A stretch of 42,984 bases of DNA from an uncultured bacterium (GTDB lineage Bacteria > Verrucomicrobiota > Verrucomicrobiia > Verrucomicrobiales > DEV007), in contig CAXBMO010000037.1 in assembly GCA_963977015.1 (NCBI GenBank), positions 1-42,984 on the forward strand. The letters run 5' to 3'. The translations under genes were made by a program, and so were the position numbers. Each line of letters opens with the position of its first letter. Within the stretch, counting starts at the first letter, position 1. Under the pieces are notes generated by a model, which made no database searches, was not told where the DNA came from, and worked only from the letters and a program-made list of their open reading frames with translations. Shown here one piece after another: positions 9,201 through 18,200 of this stretch.

Positions 9201-12200
9201 AGATCGAGAGTATGGGAACCGGAACGGTCACCCTGACAACGCTCAATACCCATACGGGAGAAACCACCGTCAGCGCGGGAACCCTGATTTTGCTGAACGC
9301 GACGGGCACGTCACTTGCCAGTCATCTCAACGTCACCGGCGGAACGGTGAGGCTGGCCGCGGCTGGCCAGTTCGCGAACACCGCATCGGTGAACATCGCC
9401 TCCGCCGGGATCGTGGACATGAACGGGTTTGATGGAACTGTCACCGGGCTCCAATTCGACAGCGGATCGGCGAAAGCCGAGGGGACCTACGGTTCCACCG
9501 GAAGCGCCGCCGTGACTGAGCAAAACGATACCTATTTCGCTGCTGGTTCGACGGGTGTTCTCACCGTGGACGACGTTGTCGCCCCCACTCTGGATTCGAC
9601 GGACATTGTCGATGATGCGGGCGGGGCCGACGTGGCCCCGAATGTGCCGGTGACTTACACCGTGACCTTCAGCGAAGACATCGATCACACGTCGGTGGGC
9701 ACAGGTGATTTCAGCAACGCGGGCACGGCTGCCATTTCGGTCGATTCGGTCGTGGAAAGGGCCACGCCGGGTGTTTTTACCGTGGTGGTGACGGCCTCCA
9801 CCTCGGGCACGCTGCGATTGCAGGTGCCGGTGGGCGCGACCATTAACGATGTGGCGGGCAACGCCTTGGATTCGGATCCGGCAATCGCCGATGACACAAC
9901 CATCAATGTTGTCCCCATCGAAACCACCGTTGCCCTCGTCAACGATCAGATTGTCATCACCGACGTAAACGGAGCCAATTCCGATGACAATCTAACCATT
10001 GTTCAGGGCGGCGGATTCATTACCATCAGTGACGCCGGCTTGACGGTGGGCGCCGGGGCAGGGTTCACGCAGGTGGACAGCAACACGGTGCGAATTGCGG
10101 AAGGTTCGGTAACCAAGGGCATCGTCTTCGACGGCGAGGGAGGAACCGACACCGTGACCATTGGCAGTGATTTCAATCTGGGAAGCGGCCCGCTTAGTCT
10201 TGTGGCGGAAACGGTGAACATTGCCGGAACCATCACCACCAGCGGTGCGGTTTCGCTGACGGCTGACACGCTGGACTTCACCAACACCGCGGACATAATC
10301 TTTGCCCACAAACTCACGGGAACCAACGCCGTGGTTCAGTCCGGAAGCGGAACCACCACGCTGACGTCGAACGACAATGACTACACCGGCGGTACGACCA
10401 TTGCGGCGGGGAATCTCACCATTGGCGACGGCAGCACCGGTTGGATCACGGGTGATGTCGTCAACCACGGCACCCTGACGTTCCAACGCAATGACGATGT
10501 CACCTTTGGTGGTCAGATCAGTGGGACCGGAAACCTCGTCCACGCCGGAATGAACGATAAGGGGAACTGGCAGGGCGGAGCCCGGCTGGAGCTGACCGGC
10601 GATAACAGCGGCTTCACCGGGGATACCTCCCTGGGGGCGGATTCGGAGATTCTCATCTCCCACGCCAATGCTCTGGGATCAGACGGGACGATTAGTTTTA
10701 CGGGAGACGATTCCGTCATCCGCGTGGCGGCGGGAATCACCACCAACTCCGGAGTTGATCTGTCTTATGATGGTGCCGGTTCACGCAAACAGTTTATTGT
10801 GGAGGGTGCCGGAACGGCAACCTGGGCAGGTGGTATTTCCACGACTAGTACTAACGGCGGTGACGGATGGAGAACTCGATTCACCGCAAACAGTGGTCAG
10901 ATCCTGAATATTACCGGAACCATCTCTGACGGTGCGGGAGCCGGACAGAAGACCGGCTATGGATTGACTGGGAGTGGATTGATCGTCATTGCCGGAGCCG
11001 GAGTGAATAGCTCATCAGGATTGATCTATACCTATTCAGGATCCACCTCTCAGTTGACCAAAGATAGTGCTCTCGGAACCAGCGTGATCAACAATATAGG
11101 TGGCTTCCTGGAGTTGGCTGATGGCGTGACCATTGCCAATGACATCACGGTGGACGAACGGATAAACAGTGACTTTGGGATCTCGGTCGCGGACGGAAAC
11201 AGCGCCACCTATACAGGAAATGTAACCCTTCAGGAATATGCCGAGACCTTCGATTTTAACGTGGGTACTGGGGCGGCCTTGACCGTCTCAGGCGAGATCA
11301 GTGGGGCTCTCTATGACAGCCCCCACGATAGTCCGGATGGTGGATTGCTTCAGGTGACAGGAATCCAGAAAACCGGGGAAGGAACCGCCATTCTGAGTGG
11401 CGCGAATACCTATACCGGTGCAACTGCGGTGAATGCCGGGATTCTCCAGGTGAACGGCGATCAGTCGGCCGCGACTGGAGCGTTGACGATTGCGCCTGGG
11501 GCGACGCTTGGCGGAACCGGAATCGTCGGTGGAGCCGTGACCTCGACCGAAGGCACGATCGACCCCGGGGTGACCACGGGCGATCTCGGCGTCGGCAATC
11601 TCTCGTTGACCGGCACGTCGACCTACAAAGTGCAACTTGCCGGGACAACCCCGGGCGAAGGAGCGAACACGCACGATCAACTCGGTGTGACCGGCACGGT
11701 TGATGTCACCGGCGCGAAGTTGGAGATTACCCTCGGATTCACACCTTCGGTCAACGACCAGTTCGTGATTATCGACAATGACGACGTCGATCCCGTCACG
11801 GGTGAATTTGCCGGCTTGGCGGACAAGTCAGAGTTTCTCTCGGGGAACCATTGGTTCCGGATCAATTATGGCCCCGACACGGGGAACAACGACGTTGTCC
11901 TGACTTATCTGGGCGAGAACGCTGCTCCGGAAGGAACGGACCGGGGGATTGTGATCAACGAAGACACGTCGCATACGTTCAGTTCGGCGGACTTCGGTTT
12001 CACCGATGCCAACAGCGGCGACGCGCTGAAAGCCGTCCGGATCGACACGCAAACGCTGACGGCCGGATCGACCCTGGAACTGAGCAACTTGGCCGTGATC
12101 GATGGGCAAGTCATCGCCGCGCCGGAGATCGGCAACCTCGTCTACACCCCCGCTCCGAACTCCAATGGAACCGCGCTGGCCAGTTTCACCTTCAGCGTGC

Positions 12201-15200
12201 AGGACAGCGCGGACGTTTTTGATGCAACGCCGAACACGATCACGATCGACGTGGTCAGCGTGGGCGATGCTCCTGCCGGAGCGGACAAGACCCTGACGAT
12301 GAATCAGGATTCCACGTTAACGCTTACCGCGGCCGACTTTGGATTCTCGGATCCGGACGATTCACCCGCTGACAACTTCGCCGGGGTAACCATCACGGCG
12401 CTTCCCGCCGCAGGAACGCTAAAGCTCGACGGAGTGGCGGTTTCGGCCGGGGATTTTGTTACCGCTGCCGATGTCAACGCCAGCAAGCTGACTTTTGATC
12501 CGGCTACCGGAGAGCACGGCGATGGTTACTCCAGCTTTACCTTCCAGATTCAGGACGACGGAGGTTATGGCGAGACGAGCGGGATTGTCCCGATCACCGG
12601 TCTCACCACCGCAGAGGGGTTTGTCTTCGGTGATCGAAATCAGACCGGCACCCAGACGCTGACTTCCTTCACCGACGCCAGTGGCACCTATACCAGCCTA
12701 TCCTTCGCGACTGCGCTGAGCGAGGCGACCGGCAGCACGATTCTTTATGGAAGCGGCAGCACGGCGCCGGGAACGACCAGCGAAGCTCTCACCGATGACC
12801 GGCTCGATACTGGAGCTCTTTCGGTGAGTGACAGTGTCGTTTTGCAATTCGGAGAAACCTTGGAATCCACGGACAAAATTTTTGCCTTTTTCAACTACAG
12901 CGAAGCCCCGGCCACGATTCAAGCATACAGCGGGACCACTCCGCTCGGCACTCCGACCAATGTGGGGAGCAACTACCAGTTTGTCGGGTCGATGAATCTG
13001 GAACGAGTCGGGAATTCGGTCCTCAACAACCGCGAACTTTATGGATTCGCGATTGAAGCTGGCGATCTCGACCTGGGAGGCGCCGATGTTTCCACCATCA
13101 CGGGCATCCGATTGGTCGGACCGGCCAATGAAGATTACAACCTGATTGGTTTCGGTTCGGTTGCCCCGAGCGAAAACCAGGATGCAACGCCGAACACGAT
13201 CACGATTGACGTTGATGCAACCGGCCCAAGTAACGTCGCGTTCACGCTCGACACCACCAGCACGACCGAAGGCACGTCCATCTCCCTGAACGGCAGCTTC
13301 ACCAAAGGTTTGAGCGACTCTCATGTCGTCACGATCTACTGGGGCGATGGAACGAGCGACGTCCAGACGGTCACCGGTGGGGCGGAGGTTTTTGCCGGTT
13401 CGCATGCCTACGGGCGCGACGGGGAGTTTGAGGTAAGCGTGGCGGTGAGCGATTCGACCCTGGCCAGCGGCCTGGTCGGACTGTGGAATTTCGACGATGG
13501 AGCCGTTACCGATCAGTCTACCGTTGGGAACACCGGCTCGGGAGGAACGATTGCCGCCGGGGACACACCGTTTGGCGATGCTGGTCAGGCGTTCACCGAT
13601 GGCGTGGTCACGATTTCCAATTCCCCGGAGTTGGAAGCGATGGACGACCAAATGACAATCGGGTTCTGGATCAAAGCGGATCAGGGGGCTACCGATTGGA
13701 GCCGAATCGCGGTGAAAGCGGGCGGGGGCAGCGGTTTCCACATCGGGAAATACTCGAATACTGACGACATCAACATTCGGGTTGATACCGATGGACAGGG
13801 AAATCAGAACAAGTTGGTGGGCACTGACAATACCTTGGACGGAACCTGGCATCACGTCGCCTTTGTGCTGGATAACGGAAACGCCCGCCAATATCTCGAC
13901 GGCGTGCTGATTGAGTCCGGAACCTATAATCACGGCAGCGGCTTTGGGAACTCCGGCAGTCTCATCCTGGGCCACGCCGGTCTGGAAGGCGCGATGGATG
14001 ATGTGGCGGTGTGGAATCGGATGCTGACGGACGCGGAAATCACGCAGCTCGGCCAGACAACCGGGACGGGCGCTGCTCGCGAGAGCGCCAACGGGCCACT
14101 CGTCATCCAAGCCACTACTTCAGCCGCGCAGACCGTGCAAGTGAGTGACGCCGCGCCCGTGATCACCGATCTGACGGTGACCCAGGACAACGCGACCGAT
14201 GCCACCTTGACCGCGACGTTTACCGATCCGGGGACGCTCGATCAGCACAAGGCCGTGATCGACTGGGGCGATGGAACCGCGTTGGAGGAAGTCGACATCA
14301 CGATCGGGGACCGCTCGCTGACACTGACCCACACCTATGCCTCGCCGGGAACGCACAATATTTCGCTCCTCATACTGGACCGGTTGGGAGACGACGTGGT
14401 GGCGCTCTACACCTTCGACGGCGCGAACCTCGGGGAAGACACTTCCGGAAACAGCAACAACGGCACGGTGGGATCCGGGATTACCGCGAGCGTGGACACA
14501 CCGGATGCGTTGAGCGGCAGTTCCTTCGCGGGATCGGGTGCAAGTGGTGCCAACGGCTATATCCAAGTGGCCAGTTCCGCGTCTCTCGAAGCGTCGGACG
14601 ACGAGTTGACCGTGGCCTTCTGGCTCAAAGCGGACGCAGGCGACAACGCCGATTGGTTCCGCCTTATGCTGAAAGGCTCGGAGAACACGGGAGTCGAGAG
14701 TTGGATCATCAATCGCAATTCCAGCGCAAATGACATTCTCTTCCGAACCGACACGGTGGGAACGGGGGGAACCGGAAACCAAAACAAACACGGCGGTACC
14801 GGGCCGGTGCTGGACGGGGAGTGGCACCACGTTGCCTACGTTCTGAACAGTGGTTCCACCAAAGAATACGTCGATGGCCAACTGGTGAGCTCGACGACCT
14901 ATCCCCATGGTGAGGGTCTTTCCAACACATTGCCGCTCTTTATCGGCGGCGGGGGAACCAATAACCTGGTTGGAAACCTCGATGACCTCATCATTTACAG
15001 CCGGGCGCTGACCGACGTGGGGATTGCTTCTCTCTCGGCGAATGCGGCCGCGCAATACGTCAATGCTCGCGATACGGAAACCGCAACGCTGACCTTCAAC
15101 TTCGCTCCGACCGACATCACCCTGAGCAACTCCGCTATCGCCGAAAACACCGCCGCTGATACCGTGGTCGGTACGCTGACGGCAACCGACGCAAATTCCG

Positions 15201-18200
15201 GCGACACTCACACCTTTGCCCTCGCCACGGGAGACGGTACCAACGATGCGGACAACGGCAAGTTCACCCTTGTCAATGGCAACGAGTTGCAGCTCAACGA
15301 ATCGCCCGACTTCGAGACCCAGGGCAGCTATCGTGTTTATGTTGAGACGACCGACGCGGCGGGCGCCAAGTTTGCCAAAGGATTCACCATCATGGTGTCC
15401 GACGCGGCGGCGAGCTTCACCATCGCCGCGGACGACGCGGACAAGGCAGAAGGCGACGCCGGAACGACGAATTTCACCTTCGCGGTGACACGCGGCGGAG
15501 ACACGACCGGGGTGGCGACGGTGGAATACGCGGTAACCAGTGTCCTCGCCGATGCGAATGACTTCGGCGGAAGCTTGCCGGGCGGCACCTTGACCTTCGC
15601 CGATGGCGAATTGGTGAAAACCCTGAACATCGCCGTATCCGGCGACCCGGCTGTGGAACTTGACGAGCCATTCACCGTGACGTTGAGCGACACCGCGATG
15701 GATGACACGATCACCATTGGTTCGCCCAATTCCGCCGATGGTACGATTCGCGACGATGATGCCCTTCCTGCGTCGGTCACGATTGAGGATGTCGTCGTCA
15801 GTGAAGACGGCACCTCGGCAACGTTCACCGCAACCCTGGATCAGCAGGTCGCCGGTGGATTTACCGTGGAAGTCTCGACTGCGGACTCGAGCGCTGAGGC
15901 GGGAAGCGACTACACCGCGCTCAGCAGTCACGTTCTCACCTTCGCGGGCAATGCCGGAGAAAAGCAGACTTTCATCGTGGCGATCGCCAACGACACCGAG
16001 ATCGAAGGGGATGAAACCTTCCAGATTTCGATGGCGAACGCGAGCAACGCGGCGGTGATCATCACCGATACCGCGACCGGTACCATTGACGACAATGATA
16101 CCTCGGAAAACGCGAACCTGGTGCTGACGATTCCCGGCAGCGGCAACGGAACCGCCACGTTGGGTTCGGCGACGAACGATGGCGACAGCGCAACGATTGC
16201 GTTGAACACTGCCACGGTGACGCAGGCTGGTGACGACGTCACCTTCAATCCAGGCACGGACTTCGACTTCCTCAAGCCGGGCGATTCGGCGACGGTGAAT
16301 GTGGCTTACACCCTGGCTCCGGCGGGGAATCTCAGGGTGGATTTTGGAACCTCAGCGACATCCCTGGTACAAGCGGATTACCAGGCATACACCGCAACTC
16401 ACGAACAAGGCGCCACTTTTACAACCCAGAGCTTCAGTGGCTTTGGCACGACGATTAGTGTGACTCCAACCTGGAGTGCAGATGCGGTCGATGCGGCTAA
16501 GCAAATGTTTGGAAACCGGGGCGATACGATCACCGATGATGCCTACGACAACCTGTTGATTGACTGGATTGGTACAGACACTCGCAATGGATCCAGTAGC
16601 GATGACCCGGACCCGCTCACCATTACGCTGAGCGGCGTTCCTGCCGGCACCTACTCCTGGCTTTCGTACCATCACGATTCGAACAACCAGAAGGGAACGT
16701 TCGATGTAGCGGTGAACGACGCAAGTGGGAGCAACGTCACCCAGGGTGTCGAGAGTACCAAATTCAACGCGGATGGCGTCACCACCTTGGCGGCGGCTGG
16801 AAAATTCGAGACCACCATTACATCAAATGGAGTAGACGACATCACCATCGAATTCGATCTGCAAACCGGCACCTGGTTTGTGATGAACTCGTTCGCGATG
16901 GAAGCTGTGACGGAGACCTTGACCATCACTGTGAAGGGCGAAAATGACGCGCCAGTGACGGTCGCGGACACGGATTCCGTGACGGAAACCGCAGATGCCG
17001 TCTCCAACCCGCAAGCGGCTGGAAACGTCCTGGCCAACGACAGTGATCCGGAAGGCGACACCCTTGCGGTCCTGAATCCAGGCACCCAGGTTGGGAACTA
17101 CGGGACTCTGCAACTGCAAAGCGACGGCTCCTATACTTATACCCTCAATGATGCGAACGCACAGGTCGACGGGTTGAGTGCGGGGGAAGACCACAAGGAC
17201 ACGTTTACCTATCAAGTGAGCGAAGGCGCCAGCGCGCAGTGGAATTTCACCGGCGGCGTCTCCGGGGCAACGACCCAGGGGACCGGCTACTCGGTTTCCG
17301 CAATTTCCAATGAAGGCGGGCTAACGGTTTTCAATCCGAACGCGAGCGACGGGTATCCGAGCGCTCCGGTGCTCCACGTCAACCCGCCGAACGGTTCGGC
17401 GAGCCTGGATGCCGCAGTCACGGCGAACAGCTATTTTGAATTCACCGTTACGCCTGATTCAACGGTCAATCTGGAGAGCTTGGGTTTCGATGTCGCCAGA
17501 GGGGGGGGCTCGAGCCCGCGCGGCTGGGGCATACGCTCAAGTCTCGACAACTATACCACGACGATCGACACAGCGGATGTCCCGACGGTTCGAACGAACT
17601 TCACCAGCGTCGCTGTGGATCTTTCGGGCCCGGATTACCAGAATCTCTCTTCCCCGGTTACGTTCCGGGTTTACGTCTACGCGCCGACATCCGGCAATTC
17701 CCTGGAATTCGACAATATCACGCTCAACACCAAGGCTGCGGAATCAACTCTGGAGATCACGATCGACGGTAGCAATGACGCGCCGGTCGTCGCTGCCACG
17801 GCGGACACCAACCTGAACGAGACAACCGATACCTCGGACATCACCGGAACCATCACGGTGAACTTCAGCGACGTCGATCTGACGGACAACGGGCACGCCG
17901 CCACCATCACCGCGGCCAGCGCCAGCGGCGTCACCGGCGGATTGGCCCTGAATGAAGCGGCGTTGCGCGGGCTCATCTCGGTCGACTCGACGTCAAAGAA
18001 CGGCGGCGAGTCCATCGGCAGCGCGGCGCTCAGCTTTGCGGCGGCTTCGTCGGCCTTTGATTACCTCGCCGCGGGCGAGCAGGTCACCATCACCTACACC
18101 GTCCAGGTGAACGACGGCGATGTTGCGGCGACCAACACCTTCAACGTCGTCATCAACGGCACCAATGACGGTCCTGACATTGCCCAAACCGGAACGCTCA

